Shown here: piece by piece, positions 50,166 through 61,092 of the stretch
How the letters are laid out: every line of letters starts with the position of its first letter
Numbering within the stretch: the stretch's first letter is position 1
Assembly (NCBI GenBank): GCA_030694265.1
Contig: JAUXYP010000020.1
Coordinates: forward strand, 36,862-100,861
Direction: 5' to 3'
Length of the DNA stretch: 64,000 nucleotides
Origin: Sulfuricurvum sp.
Lineage (GTDB): Bacteria; Campylobacterota; Campylobacteria; Campylobacterales; Sulfurimonadaceae
Made by a program: the position numbers and the translations under genes
The notes under the pieces: generated by a model
The model's database searches: none
What the model was told of the DNA's origin: nothing
Seen by the model: only the letters and a program-made list of their open reading frames with translations

Positions 50166-50171
50166 TATAAT
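50166..50171 (+). promoter_or_regulatory. TATAAT -10 box for the tRNA gene
   Basis: GGTATAAT 18 nt upstream of tRNA position 1. Confidence 0.4.
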
Positions 50172-50189
50172 TTCGTTCTCTTTAAATGT

Positions 50190-50266
50190 GCGTCCGTAGC
50201 TCAGCTGGATAGAGCACCGGTTTGCGGTACCGGCGGTCAGGGATTCGAATTCCTTCGGGCGCACCA
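50190..50266 (+). tRNA. tRNA-Arg, anticodon GCG, CCA encoded
   Basis: Hand-folded cloverleaf: acceptor GCGTCCG/CGGGCGC, D arm GCTC/GAGC, anticodon stem CCGGT/ACCGG with loop TTGCGGT, variable loop CGGTC, T arm AGGGA-TTCGAAT-TCCTT, then ACCA. The body closely resembles E. coli tRNA-Arg(ACG). Confidence 0.9.
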
Positions 50267-50380
50267 TCTATTACCCCTCCCTCCATTTATGATACATACC
50301 AAAGATTATTTTGAAATTTCTCTTACATTTAAGATTGTTACAGCTAGAATAAGAGTATTTTTAATGCAATGGAATTAATA

Positions 50381-51265
50381 ATGTTTAAAAAAATTTCTTT
50401 ATTTATCGTGTTACTCTTTATTTTAAGCTCATGCTCTTCTCCTTATGACAAGCCCCTTAAAATCTCCGCCACGACATGGATTGGTTACACTCCTTTATTT
50501 TATGCAAAAGAAAAAGGGTGGCTTGAACCATTGAACATTAAAATTACCAATGTCGTATCACTGGCGGAAAACATGGCTTTATACAAATCTGGAAATTTTG
50601 ATGCATATGTAGGAACGCAGTATGAATACAGTGTTCTTTCACCCAACGACAGCTCTTTGCACCCTGTGATGATGTTTGACCGCTCATACGGGGGGGATGT
50701 CGTGATGGGAAATATTTCTATCACTAATTTAAAAAATACAAATTCTGTTATTGACATTTACTTGGAAATAGATTCTGTTAACAGCACTATAATAAAGGAT
50801 TTCCTGAAAATATACAAATTGGAAGGTAAAAAACTTAACCATATCAATAAAGATCAGGCGTATATCTCGACTCTAAAAGTATCTGATATGAAAAATCCAA
50901 CCCTGATTGTCACTTATGCTCCCTACAACAATTATTTGATAAAAAACGGCTTTCAACAGCTTGTATCCACTAAAGACGGACTTGATCTATTGGTCGTCGA
51001 TGCCATGTTCACTACAGATAAAGTATATGATGAACATCAACAGCAGTTTTTAGAGTTAAAAAAGATCGTGAAAAATTCATTAAATGCATTAGAAGCCGAT
51101 CCAAAAGAGTATTATGAAACCATCAAAGCATATCTTCCTGAAACGAGCTATACTGAGTTTCAACACTCTTTAGAAGATATTATTTGGATTAACAAAGCAA
51201 TGGCGCCAGCATTACAGGAGCGATTGAATAAAGCAAACTTTCCTATACGCGGAATTATTCAATAA
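50381..51265 (+). CDS. Lipoprotein resembling a periplasmic substrate-binding protein (NMT1/NitT/TauT-like)
   Basis: Signal peptide with lipobox (LFILSSC), then ISATTWIGYTPLFYAKEKGW, typical of this SBP fold. An ATG at 50369 is an alternative start. Confidence 0.6.
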   Translation: MFKKISLFIVLLFILSSCSSPYDKPLKISATTWIGYTPLFYAKEKGWLEPLNIKITNVVSLAENMALYKSGNFDAYVGTQYEYSVLSPNDSSLHPVMMFDRSYGGDVVMGNISITNLKNTNSVIDIYLEIDSVNSTIIKDFLKIYKLEGKKLNHINKDQAYISTLKVSDMKNPTLIVTYAPYNNYLIKNGFQQLVSTKDGLDLLVVDAMFTTDKVYDEHQQQFLELKKIVKNSLNALEADPKEYYETIKAYLPETSYTEFQHSLEDIIWINKAMAPALQERLNKANFPIRGIIQ

Positions 51266-53247
51266 TGTATATACACAGATTTATTCTTCTCATAATAGCC
51301 TTTTTTACGCTGTTGATTTATAGCCTTTTCGGGTACAATTTTTTAAAACAAGAAGAGGCTATAGCTTCGGTGATGTTAAAAACGCTAAACAGCAGTCTTT
51401 CAGAAACAAGCTATCAATTATCGAAAAATTTGAAAACCAAAGAAGATATCACTATATCCCGTCCGATATTGGATCGTATTGCTGCCAATCAATCTTTTAT
51501 TAATGCTATTGTTGTTGTGGACGGTAATAAAGTACTCTTAAGTACGGATCCGCATTATAGAAGTGAATTTATTTGTGCTGAGGATAGCTCTTCGATGAGT
51601 GCATATCAAACATTGACCAAAAAAAAATCAATTGAGCAAGAGATACGATTTTACAATGGTAGCAATCTCGAGACACTTACCCTGATATATGTGCTTAATC
51701 AGAATGAAATTAAAACCTATTTTATTAAAAATCAGAAAGAATTTTTAATCTATTTTGGACTACTCCCTATCTTCTTACTGTTTGTAATGTTTATACTATT
51801 AAGACGTTTTATTTCTATTCCTCTGGAAAAATTGCGTCAATTTGCCTATTACCAAAGTGAGATCCCAAAAGTGTATAAAATACGGGAACTCGAATCTATC
51901 CGTTATTCGATGGTACAAACCTTCTCTCGATTGGAAGCCGAAAAAAATGAGCTTTATTTAATTGCAAGAACCGATGCATTAAGCGGATTAGCAAACCGTA
52001 ATTCGCTTGAAGAATATCTTCAAAAACTAATTGCATCATCGCTAAGAGAGAATAGAGAGTTTGCTTTTTTGTTCCTGGACATTGACCATTTTAAAAGCAT
52101 CAATGATTCGTTAGGACACAATGTAGGGGACGAGCTCTTAAAAAATGTCGCATCGGTGATTCAAAAAGTAGTTCGTCCTAATGATATCGTAGCCCGCATC
52201 GGAGGAGATGAATTTGTCATTATTTTGCAAAATTATGATACCTATTTAGAGCTTTCAGCCATCATCGAGAGAATACAAAAACAGCTAATGCGCCCATGGC
52301 TAATACAAAATCACCCCATCCATATCAGCAGCAGTGTTGGGATTGCTTTGTATCCTGATGATGGAACGGATATTGTGACGCTGATGAAGCACTCCGACAT
52401 TGCAATGTACCAAGCCAAAAAAAATGGGCGTTCCCGATATCAATTCTTTACCCAAGAACTGAATCATAGTATTCAACATCTGATTCAACTGGATAAAGAG
52501 ATGAGATGGGCACTTGAACATTCAGAATATGAGCTCTATTATCAACCAAAGATTGATTTAAAAAGTGGAAAAATTGTTGGTGCGGAAGCATTGATTCGAT
52601 GGATTAGTCCTGAGAAAGGGATAATCGCTCCTGATACTTTTATTCCGCTTGCGGAAGAGAATGGCTTTATTGTAAAACTGGGGGATTGGATTATTGATGA
52701 AGCCCTCAATCAACATTTAAAATGGAAAGAAAAGGGCATTGATATCATCATCTCTATTAATATCTCAACGAAGCAATTACTGGAGATCGGTTTTGTGAAC
52801 AAGCTGATTGAAAAAATTGAGAGCAAAAAAGTGGATCCGGCGAAAATTGACATTGAAATTACAGAGTATATGTTTATAGAAGCCAATAAAGAGAGTCATG
52901 ATATTTTAAATGCGATCAGCGATTATGGAATCAGTATCTCACTGGATGATTTTGGAACAGGGTATTCATCCCTCTCCTATTTGAAAAAATTCCCTATAGA
53001 TTATTTGAAAATCGATAAAACATTTTTAGATGACTATAACACAGAAGACGGTGCGGTGTTTATTGAGACCATTGTCAAAATGGGGCAAGTGTTAAAGATC
53101 AAAGTAGTCGCTGAAGGGGTCGAGGAAGAGGATCAAGTTCATTTTCTAAAAGAAATAGGGTGTGATCAGTATCAAGGTTATTATTGTTCCAAACCTCTTA
53201 AAGTAACCGAATTTGAGATAAAGTATCAGAACCTTTTGTTGCGTTAG
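51265..53247 (+). CDS. Membrane sensor diguanylate cyclase/phosphodiesterase (GGDEF-EAL)
   Basis: Two TM helices flank a ~140-aa periplasmic domain. The GGDEF domain has an RxxD I-site (RPNDIVARIGGDEF). The EAL domain has EALIRW, DDFGTGYSS, KIDK and EGVE. Confidence 0.9.
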   Translation: MYIHRFILLIIAFFTLLIYSLFGYNFLKQEEAIASVMLKTLNSSLSETSYQLSKNLKTKEDITISRPILDRIAANQSFINAIVVVDGNKVLLSTDPHYRSEFICAEDSSSMSAYQTLTKKKSIEQEIRFYNGSNLETLTLIYVLNQNEIKTYFIKNQKEFLIYFGLLPIFLLFVMFILLRRFISIPLEKLRQFAYYQSEIPKVYKIRELESIRYSMVQTFSRLEAEKNELYLIARTDALSGLANRNSLEEYLQKLIASSLRENREFAFLFLDIDHFKSINDSLGHNVGDELLKNVASVIQKVVRPNDIVARIGGDEFVIILQNYDTYLELSAIIERIQKQLMRPWLIQNHPIHISSSVGIALYPDDGTDIVTLMKHSDIAMYQAKKNGRSRYQFFTQELNHSIQHLIQLDKEMRWALEHSEYELYYQPKIDLKSGKIVGAEALIRWISPEKGIIAPDTFIPLAEENGFIVKLGDWIIDEALNQHLKWKEKGIDIIISINISTKQLLEIGFVNKLIEKIESKKVDPAKIDIEITEYMFIEANKESHDILNAISDYGISISLDDFGTGYSSLSYLKKFPIDYLKIDKTFLDDYNTEDGAVFIETIVKMGQVLKIKVVAEGVEEEDQVHFLKEIGCDQYQGYYCSKPLKVTEFEIKYQNLLLR

Positions 53248-53269
53248 TTTTTTAAAATAGGATAAAAAT

Positions 53270-54949
53270 ATGTCAGACATCGAAATAGCTCAAAAAGCAA
53301 AAATGAAATCCATTATCCATTTGGCAAAAGAGAGCTATGGGATTGCACACGAGTATTTAGATCCCTATGGGCACTATAAAGCCAAGCTCTCTTTGGACTA
53401 TATAGACACACTCTCTCATAAGAAGGGGAAAGAAGGTAAGCTTATCCTTGTTACTGCTATTAGTCCAACGCCTGCGGGTGAGGGGAAGACCACCACAACG
53501 GTAGGGCTAGGTGATGCGATGAATCGTTTGGGCAAAAAAACGATTATCTGTTTACGTGAGCCTTCATTGGGGCCGTGTTTTGGTTTAAAAGGCGGTGCGG
53601 CAGGAGGTGGATATTCTCAGGTTGTCCCTATGGAAGACATCAATCTGCATTTTACGGGCGACTTTCATGCGATCGGCGCAGCGCACAATTTATTGGCGGC
53701 AATGATAGACAACCATATCTATCACGGGAACGCTTTGGGTATCGATTCACGCCGTATCAAATGGAAGCGTGTAATGGATATGAATGATCGTGCTTTACGA
53801 GAGATAACCGTAGGACAAGGAGGTCCTGCCAATGGATATCTGCGGGAAGATGGATTTGACATTGTCGTAGCGTCTGAAGTCATGGCGATCTTATGTCTGG
53901 CTATTAATCGCGCAGATTTAAAAGAACGCTTAGGGCGTATCATCGTGGCCTACAAAGCGGATAAGACAACCCCTATCTACGCACGTGATTTAAAAGCGCA
54001 TGGAGCGATGGCAGCACTTTTAAAAGATGCGCTAAAGCCAAATATCGTTCAAACACTGGAAAATAATATTGCCATTGTGCATGGTGGCCCTTTTGCGAAT
54101 ATTGCTCACGGTTGTAACTCGGTTATGGCTACAAACACGGCATTAAAACTGGCCGATTATGTGGTTACGGAAGCGGGGTTTGGAGCAGACTTGGGTGCTG
54201 AAAAATTTTTGAACATTAAATGCCGCAGTTCAAAATTGGCTCCTTCTGCGGTCGTATTGGTTGCTACCGTACGTGCTTTGAAATACCATGGCGGTATCGA
54301 AAAAGATCACCTGAATCAAGAAAATTTAGAGGCACTGGAAAGAGGCTTTGAAAATCTTGAGCGCCATTTGCACAATATCAAGGTCCATTATGGGCTTCCA
54401 GCGGTGGTGTGTATCAATCATTTCACTTTTGATACGGATGCAGAAACGGTTTTACTAAAAGAGAAGTGTGAGGCTCTAGGGGTTAAATGCTTTGTTTCTC
54501 AACATTGGGCCAAAGGTGGTGCAGGTGCTGAAGAATTGGCGCAAGCAGTGTTGGATATTGCAGAGCATCGCAAGGGAGGATTTAACTATCTCTATGACGA
54601 TAAACTGCCGCTTTGGGAAAAGATAGAAACCATAGCTACTAAAATATACGGTGCGGCAGGGATAACTGCAAGTGCAAATGTTCGGGATGAAATTACCAAG
54701 CTTCAAGAACATTATGGCCAACTGCCCATTTGTATGGCAAAAACGCAAATGTCTTTTTCGACAGATCCCAATGTACGGGGGGCACCCACTGGACATACGG
54801 TTGAAATTAGCAAGATTAAACTTGAAAACGGAGCAGGATTTATTGTTGCCATTGCGGGGAATATGATGACGATGCCGGGTCTCCCGAAAATTTCGACAGC
54901 AGAGCGTATCGATATTGATGATGCAGGGGTTATTACGGGACTTTTTTAA
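53270..54949 (+). CDS. fhs: Formate--tetrahydrofolate ligase
   Basis: 559-aa ORF with [15 protein letters not shown] and [17 protein letters not shown] motifs. Confidence 0.95.
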   Translation: MSDIEIAQKAKMKSIIHLAKESYGIAHEYLDPYGHYKAKLSLDYIDTLSHKKGKEGKLILVTAISPTPAGEGKTTTTVGLGDAMNRLGKKTIICLREPSLGPCFGLKGGAAGGGYSQVVPMEDINLHFTGDFHAIGAAHNLLAAMIDNHIYHGNALGIDSRRIKWKRVMDMNDRALREITVGQGGPANGYLREDGFDIVVASEVMAILCLAINRADLKERLGRIIVAYKADKTTPIYARDLKAHGAMAALLKDALKPNIVQTLENNIAIVHGGPFANIAHGCNSVMATNTALKLADYVVTEAGFGADLGAEKFLNIKCRSSKLAPSAVVLVATVRALKYHGGIEKDHLNQENLEALERGFENLERHLHNIKVHYGLPAVVCINHFTFDTDAETVLLKEKCEALGVKCFVSQHWAKGGAGAEELAQAVLDIAEHRKGGFNYLYDDKLPLWEKIETIATKIYGAAGITASANVRDEITKLQEHYGQLPICMAKTQMSFSTDPNVRGAPTGHTVEISKIKLENGAGFIVAIAGNMMTMPGLPKISTAERIDIDDAGVITGLF

Positions 54950-54962
54950 GCGAAAAGGTTGT

Positions 54963-55709
54963 TTACAAAGAGCCTTTTAGTTTTCCCCAAGCAAGGCCTA
55001 AATATTCATGAAAAGCGGCTTCTGAACGTCCTAATCCATCTGCTGATGGAAACTGAAGGAGTTCATCGTTTTTCTTTATCTGGAAGTCTGTAGGAGCAGG
55101 TATAACATTGATTCCAGCTTTGCGAAAAAGAGCGGAAGCCCGAACCATATGGGATGCTGAAGTAACAAGAATAAGCGGTTGATCCCCGATGATTTTTTTA
55201 GACGCCATTGCTTCTTCTTGAGTGTCTTGTGGAGATTCCAGAAGAATTATGTCTGCGGGATCAACTCCAAGAGCAATCGCCATTTGCGCGTTTTTACGCG
55301 CATTGGAGATAGGATCATTTCCACCATAACCGCTGAAAATGAGTTTCATGTTGGGATGTGCTTTGTAGAGTGAAACTCCCTCATTGAGTCGTGCTAATGA
55401 AACAAGTCCTATTTCAGAGGATAAGGGTATGTTTGGATTGCTAGTATGACCACAACCTAGCACATGAATGTATTTTGGGGGAGTATTTGTCAGTTCAACT
55501 TTTGAATAAGCGCTCTCTAGCGGTAAAAGAAGCAGTGCTGAAAAGGGGGAATAGGATAAAAGGCTGATCCATAGTAGGGAGGAGAGAAAAACTTGCTTAG
55601 CACGCCTTTCATTTCCACGTTGCCAAAAATAAAATCCGATTCCAACTAAAATAAGAAAGATGGGAAAAGGCATCAAAAAAGTCGAAATGAATTTTTTGAC
55701 TAAAAACAT
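54963..55709 (-). CDS. DUF218/YdcF/ElyC-family membrane protein
   Basis: 248-aa ORF with N-terminal TM helices and a C-terminal DUF218-like domain (ILVTSASHMVRA). It lies directly downstream of rsfS. Confidence 0.75.
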   Translation of the reverse strand: MFLVKKFISTFLMPFPIFLILVGIGFYFWQRGNERRAKQVFLSSLLWISLLSYSPFSALLLLPLESAYSKVELTNTPPKYIHVLGCGHTSNPNIPLSSEIGLVSLARLNEGVSLYKAHPNMKLIFSGYGGNDPISNARKNAQMAIALGVDPADIILLESPQDTQEEAMASKKIIGDQPLILVTSASHMVRASALFRKAGINVIPAPTDFQIKKNDELLQFPSADGLGRSEAAFHEYLGLAWGKLKGSL

Positions 55710-56039
55710 TTAGGCTTTGTTTTTCCGTGCCGCGATTTCACGTAAAAAGCTTTCCAAATCGTAGATGCTGCGATACTGAGGAGTAAGTACATGGATAAGA
55801 ATGTCTCCCAAATCGATAGCAATCCAGTCACCACTTTCATCAATAGCCAAAAACTCTTCTTCCGGCTTTAGGTTTCTCTTAAGATGATCGAGCAATGCAA
55901 ACGTATGACGTTCACCTAATGAGGTCGCAATAACAACGTAGTCCGCAAAATAATCGCTTCCCTGAAGATCAAAAACTTCGATGTTCTCGGCTTTGTTCAT
56001 GTCTAATACATGGCTAATTTTTTCAATTCTTGGGTTCAT
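55710..56039 (-). CDS. rsfS: Ribosome silencing factor
   Basis: Starting at MNPRIEKI (AAGGA RBS) gives ~110 aa with the DYVVIATS and WIAIDLGDILIHV motifs. It overlaps the nadD stop. Confidence 0.85.
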   Translation of the reverse strand: MNPRIEKISHVLDMNKAENIEVFDLQGSDYFADYVVIATSLGERHTFALLDHLKRNLKPEEEFLAIDESGDWIAIDLGDILIHVLTPQYRSIYDLESFLREIAARKNKA

Positions 56040-56565
56040 GGTGTTCCTTGTAATAAGTAATAATATCTTTTTCGAGTGTTTCTTCAAGACCCAATGGCGA
56101 ATATTGGTCTCGAAAATGTGTTGAACGACTCTCTTCATTCACGTCTAACGTTATCATTCCTGATGGAATAGCAATGTTATCGCGTGTGGCAACTACAAAA
56201 ATAACCTTTTGGGCAAGTTTTTCGTAGTTATACCACTGCTGCAGAGAGGGCAAATTATCGGCTCCGATGATCAGATAGAGCTTTTCATTCTTGGGTGCGT
56301 AATGTTCTACGGTTTCGATCGTAGGAACACTGCGATGCATGTTGACTTCAAAATCACTGATTTCGATTTTTTCATAAGGCTTAAAAATCTGTTTTAACCA
56401 TTGGATGCGTTGAGTACCATCGGCACACTCAGACGACTTGAATGGATTACGGAAATTAGGAACGATAATGAGCTGATCAATATCCAAAATTTCAAGTGCT
56501 TTGAGGGCAACACGCACATGACCCGCGTGGGGTGGATCAAAACTTCCGCCATAAAGTGCTAGCAA
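56023..56565 (-). CDS. nadD: Nicotinate-nucleotide adenylyltransferase
   Basis: The TTG start (AAGG RBS, TATAAT further upstream) gives an N-terminus M-LALYGGSFDPPHAGH with the (T/H)xGH motif. The 243-aa ORF-track version has a 62-aa unsupported extension. Confidence 0.85.
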   Translation of the reverse strand: MLALYGGSFDPPHAGHVRVALKALEILDIDQLIIVPNFRNPFKSSECADGTQRIQWLKQIFKPYEKIEISDFEVNMHRSVPTIETVEHYAPKNEKLYLIIGADNLPSLQQWYNYEKLAQKVIFVVATRDNIAIPSGMITLDVNEESRSTHFRDQYSPLGLEETLEKDIITYYKEHHEPKN

Positions 56566-56650
56566 CGTTTGCCTTAACTTGATTTTAATCGAAATTATAA
56601 CCGAATTTTGGTAAAATCCCCTTATTACCGTAGAAGAGGGAAATAGTTTA

Positions 56651-57667
56651 ATGGCGCTAAAAATCGCTATCAATGGATTTGGTCGAATTGGCCGTTGTGT
56701 TACGCGATTAATTGCTTCACGTAGTGATGTTGAACTCGTGGCGATTAATGACATGGCATCAATTGAAATGATGCAGTATCTGTTGCAAAATGATTCCGTG
56801 CATGGTCCTTTTGACGAAGATGTATCTATTATTGATGCTCATCATCTTAAAATTGGATCAGCAAAAGTTGCAATTTTTTCACAAAAAGATCCCAAACAAC
56901 TTGATTTTGGAGTGTGCAGTGCGGACGTTGTTTTGGAATGCAGTGGTTTGTTTTTAACGGAAGATTCAACACGGCACCATTTGGACAAAGGGGTGAAGAA
57001 AGTCATTATTTCTGCCCCAAAGCAAGATGAAACGACTCCAACATTTGTATTAGGGGTCAATCATCATCTGTATGCAGGTCAAGATATCATCTCTAATGCA
57101 TCCTGTACGACCAATTGTTTAGGCCCGATTGCGAAAATTATTGATGAAGCCTATGGGATTGAAAAGGGGTTAATGACCACGATTCATGCGTACACAAACG
57201 GACAAGCGATCATCGATTCGGCACACGGTACGGATATGCGTCGTTCACGTGCAGCTGCAGAGAATATGATTCCTACAACCACCGGTGCCGCCAAAGCAAT
57301 TTCGCTTGTTTTGCCTTCGCTTGAGGGGAAGCTTCATGGGCAAAGTGTACGAGTACCTACTCCGGATGTGTCAATGGTAGATTTGAATGTTTTGGTACGT
57401 CAAAATGTCACCAAAGAAGAAATAGTGGCACGGTTCAAAGAATATGCACAAGGTGACATGAGCGGGATATTGGAAGTGGATGAGCGCTATCGGGTTTCTC
57501 AGGATTTCGTAGGATCAAGTTACAGTGCCATCGTTGCGGCTGATTTGGTACAAGTCGTAGATGGCAATTTGGTTAAAATTATGGCATGGTATGACAATGA
57601 GTGGGGTTATTCAAACCGCCTGATCGAAATGGCATTGTTTATTACAAATTATGAGGAGCAAAAATGA
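56651..57667 (+). CDS. gapA: Glyceraldehyde-3-phosphate dehydrogenase
   Basis: INGFGRIGR, active-site SNASCTTNC and WYDNEWGYS motifs. Confidence 0.95.
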   Translation: MALKIAINGFGRIGRCVTRLIASRSDVELVAINDMASIEMMQYLLQNDSVHGPFDEDVSIIDAHHLKIGSAKVAIFSQKDPKQLDFGVCSADVVLECSGLFLTEDSTRHHLDKGVKKVIISAPKQDETTPTFVLGVNHHLYAGQDIISNASCTTNCLGPIAKIIDEAYGIEKGLMTTIHAYTNGQAIIDSAHGTDMRRSRAAAENMIPTTTGAAKAISLVLPSLEGKLHGQSVRVPTPDVSMVDLNVLVRQNVTKEEIVARFKEYAQGDMSGILEVDERYRVSQDFVGSSYSAIVAADLVQVVDGNLVKIMAWYDNEWGYSNRLIEMALFITNYEEQK

Positions 57668-58857
57668 AATTATTAAGCATCAAAGAGTGTGATTTGCACG
57701 AGAAAAAAGTATTTATTCGATGTGATTTTAATGTTCCCATGGATGAATTTGGCAACATAACCGATGATCGCCGTATCCGTTCGGCACTTTCGAGTATCAA
57801 ATACTGTCTTGATCAAGAGTGCGCGATTATTTTAGGATCGCATTTTGGCCGTCCAAAAGCGGGTGTGTTTAGTGAAGAAGACTCTCTTGCTCCAGTGGTA
57901 CGTCGTCTACAACAGCTGTTGAAAATGGACGTTAAACTGGCGAAAGATGTCGTAGGTGAAGATGCCAAAAAATCAGCACAAGAGCTCAAGTCAGGTGAAA
58001 TACTGGTGTTAGAAAACTTGCGTTTTGAAAAGGGTGAAACGAAAAACGATCCTGAGTTTAGCGCTGCATTGGCTTCATTAGCAGATATCTATATTAATGA
58101 CGCGTTTGGGGTCAGTCACCGTGCACATGCTTCTGTTGAAGGGATTACACAGCATTTTGACCGTGAGCATAAAGCGGCAGGCTTTTTATTACTCAAAGAG
58201 ATCGAATTTTTTGATACGCTGTTAGAAAATCCGGCACGACCGTTTGCAGCGATTGTTGGAGGTAGTAAAGTATCGGGTAAACTCGAAGCCTTGGTAAATC
58301 TATTGCCGCGCGTGGATAAAGTTCTGATCGGCGGTGGGATGGCGTTTACTTTTCTCAAAGCGATGGGTCACGATGTTGGAAATTCTTTAGTAGAAGATGA
58401 TTTGATTCATGAAGCGGATAAAATTATGGAAGAGGCCAAGCGTTTGGGTGTGAAGTTTTACCTTCCCGTAGATGTTGTGGCTGCTGAGACGTTTAGTGCA
58501 GATGCAAACAGTCATACTGTGAGTGCTCAAGAAATTCCTGAGGGATGGATGGGATTGGATATCGGACTTGCGAGTGTTGAGCTGTACCGAGAGGTCCTTG
58601 AGGACGTAAAGACCATTTTGTGGAATGGCCCGATGGGTGTTTATGAGATGGAACGTTTTGCAAAAGGTTCCAATAAAATGGCTCATTTTTTAGCGGATTC
58701 AGATGCAACGACGGTTGTGGGTGGCGGCGATACGGCGGATTTGGTTCAGCGTATTGGACTGGATGAAGAAATGACGTTTATCTCAACCGGTGGCGGGGCA
58801 TCTCTTGAACTGCTAGAGGGTAAAGTGCTTCCGGGTGTTAAACCTTTGTATAAATAA
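57664..58857 (+). CDS. pgk: Phosphoglycerate kinase
   Basis: RCDFNVP, SHFGRPKG-like and GGGDT motifs. ATGA overlap with gapA. Confidence 0.95.
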   Translation: MKLLSIKECDLHEKKVFIRCDFNVPMDEFGNITDDRRIRSALSSIKYCLDQECAIILGSHFGRPKAGVFSEEDSLAPVVRRLQQLLKMDVKLAKDVVGEDAKKSAQELKSGEILVLENLRFEKGETKNDPEFSAALASLADIYINDAFGVSHRAHASVEGITQHFDREHKAAGFLLLKEIEFFDTLLENPARPFAAIVGGSKVSGKLEALVNLLPRVDKVLIGGGMAFTFLKAMGHDVGNSLVEDDLIHEADKIMEEAKRLGVKFYLPVDVVAAETFSADANSHTVSAQEIPEGWMGLDIGLASVELYREVLEDVKTILWNGPMGVYEMERFAKGSNKMAHFLADSDATTVVGGGDTADLVQRIGLDEEMTFISTGGGASLELLEGKVLPGVKPLYK

Positions 58858-58866
58858 GGAAAAATC

Positions 58867-59574
58867 ATGATTTTATGTGCCAACTTTAAAGCCAATAAAA
58901 CGCGTCAAGAGACACGAGCTTATATGGCAGTCGTAGAATCATTTGTCTCTGTAAATGAGATAGATGAAACGGTGATCGTATTTCCCCCTTTTACGGCATT
59001 GGAACATATTTCACGCAACGTCCTCATCGGAGTTCAAAATGCGTATCCGGCACAAAACGGTGCGTATACGGGTGAGATTACTTTAGAACAACTCGAAGAG
59101 TTTGGAATTAAAACCATCTTGATCGGGCACAGTGAACGTCGCCATGTCTTGGGGGAAACGCAAGAACAGATTGCCGCTAAATTCCGCTTTTTCGCGGACA
59201 ATGGGTTTGCGATTATTTATTGCGTCGGTGAGCCATTGGAAGTTCGAGAGCAGGGTGATGAAGCATTAATGCGCTACGTTGATGCTCAGTTTCAGGGTAT
59301 CGACTGTGAATACAGTGATCTGATCATCGCGTATGAACCTGTATGGGCAATTGGTACGGGGCTTACTCCAACCAATGATCAGATTGTCGCGATGCATACG
59401 GCGTTACGTGCTAAAACTCACGCGCCTCTTCTATACGGAGGAAGCGTGAAGGTGGATAATGCACAGGCCATTATGGCACTTGAAAATGTAGATGGTGTAC
59501 TGGTGGGTTCAGCGTCGCTAAGTGCCAATGATTTTTGCGAGATGATCGCTCAAGCTGCAGAATTAAAACAATAA
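58867..59574 (+). CDS. tpiA: Triosephosphate isomerase
   Basis: NFKAN, IGHSERR, AYEPVWAIGTG and YGGSV motifs. Confidence 0.9.
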   Translation: MILCANFKANKTRQETRAYMAVVESFVSVNEIDETVIVFPPFTALEHISRNVLIGVQNAYPAQNGAYTGEITLEQLEEFGIKTILIGHSERRHVLGETQEQIAAKFRFFADNGFAIIYCVGEPLEVREQGDEALMRYVDAQFQGIDCEYSDLIIAYEPVWAIGTGLTPTNDQIVAMHTALRAKTHAPLLYGGSVKVDNAQAIMALENVDGVLVGSASLSANDFCEMIAQAAELKQ

Positions 59575-59588
59575 TAAAGGGAATATGA

Positions 59589-60413
<825 letters not shown>

Positions 60414-60419
60414 ATTCTC

Positions 60420-60833
60420 TTACTTCCCTATAACTGGTAAGGCATTTACCGCATCAATATGAGAGGCTTCTTTAGGCTTCCCCTCATTCATCTTCTCTTT
60501 ATTCTCATGATACACTTTCCATTTATCGGCATAGCTTTGTAATGTAAACGGTTTTTCATCCGTTACAACCGTTGTATCTGTCGAGGCAGAGGCAGCTGAA
60601 GTACCCTCAAGCGTGGACGATGAGGTACTTGATTCCCTAGCTGTGCTATTGGGAATCCAATCCTCTTTTAACCATGATTCCAATGAATTTTGCATGGTAC
60701 CGCCTTTGGATGTTGAGGCAGTGTTTGGTGATACCGTATTTAATGAGTTGTTTTGAGATGGTGAAACAGTAGCATTTGTAGCACATCCAACGAGTAAAAG
60801 AGAAGAGATTATAAGAGACAATTTGAGACGCAT
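60420..60833 (-). CDS. Ser/Thr-rich lipoprotein of unknown function
   Basis: 137-aa ORF with lipobox LLLVGC and an AAGGATG RBS. Confidence 0.6.
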   Translation of the reverse strand: MRLKLSLIISSLLLVGCATNATVSPSQNNSLNTVSPNTASTSKGGTMQNSLESWLKEDWIPNSTARESSTSSSTLEGTSAASASTDTTVVTDEKPFTLQSYADKWKVYHENKEKMNEGKPKEASHIDAVNALPVIGK

Positions 60834-61092
60834 AGATAAACATCCTTTTTTCTAAAGTTTTAAGACTAATTTATACTATATCATAGATAAGTCAAAATAA
60901 ATAGAAATAGGTGGATGAAATTTAATCACAAAAATATCAAATTCCGTGATATAGGGCTTTCTTAGAAAAGAATGATAAGTAAATAAGAATAGTATCATTA
61001 CAGCATTCTTTAAGAAATGGAGCGTTACAATGGTTTTTGACGAAACAATATCGGGGTAAAATCCAAAGTCAAGCTTAGCTTAAGGAGAATAA

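Noticed and set aside
50690-50696. G7 homopolymer inside the SBP-like lipoprotein gene as a possible phase-variation tract
   Set aside because: Contingency tracts in Campylobacter and Helicobacter are usually 8 or more G/C. Seven is borderline, and a single sequence shows no length variation. It is worth checking only if population data exist.
50190-53247. tRNA-adjacent genomic island or integrative element
   Set aside because: G+C is lower here, but there is no integrase, recombinase or mobility gene, and I could not find a direct repeat of the tRNA 3' end. I therefore report it only as a compositionally atypical cassette.
56566-56754. 62-codon N-terminal extension of nadD overlapping the gapA start
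   Set aside because: The NadD family starts just before GGSFDPPHxGH. A TTG with RBS and an upstream TATAAT fits that. The extension would overlap gapA and its promoter.
60915-60965. 16-codon mini-ORF (MKFNHKNIKFRDIGLS) in the porin upstream region
   Set aside because: The GGTGG abuts the ATG with essentially no spacer, the ORF is very short, and conservation cannot be assessed. It is more likely part of the porin promoter or 5' UTR.
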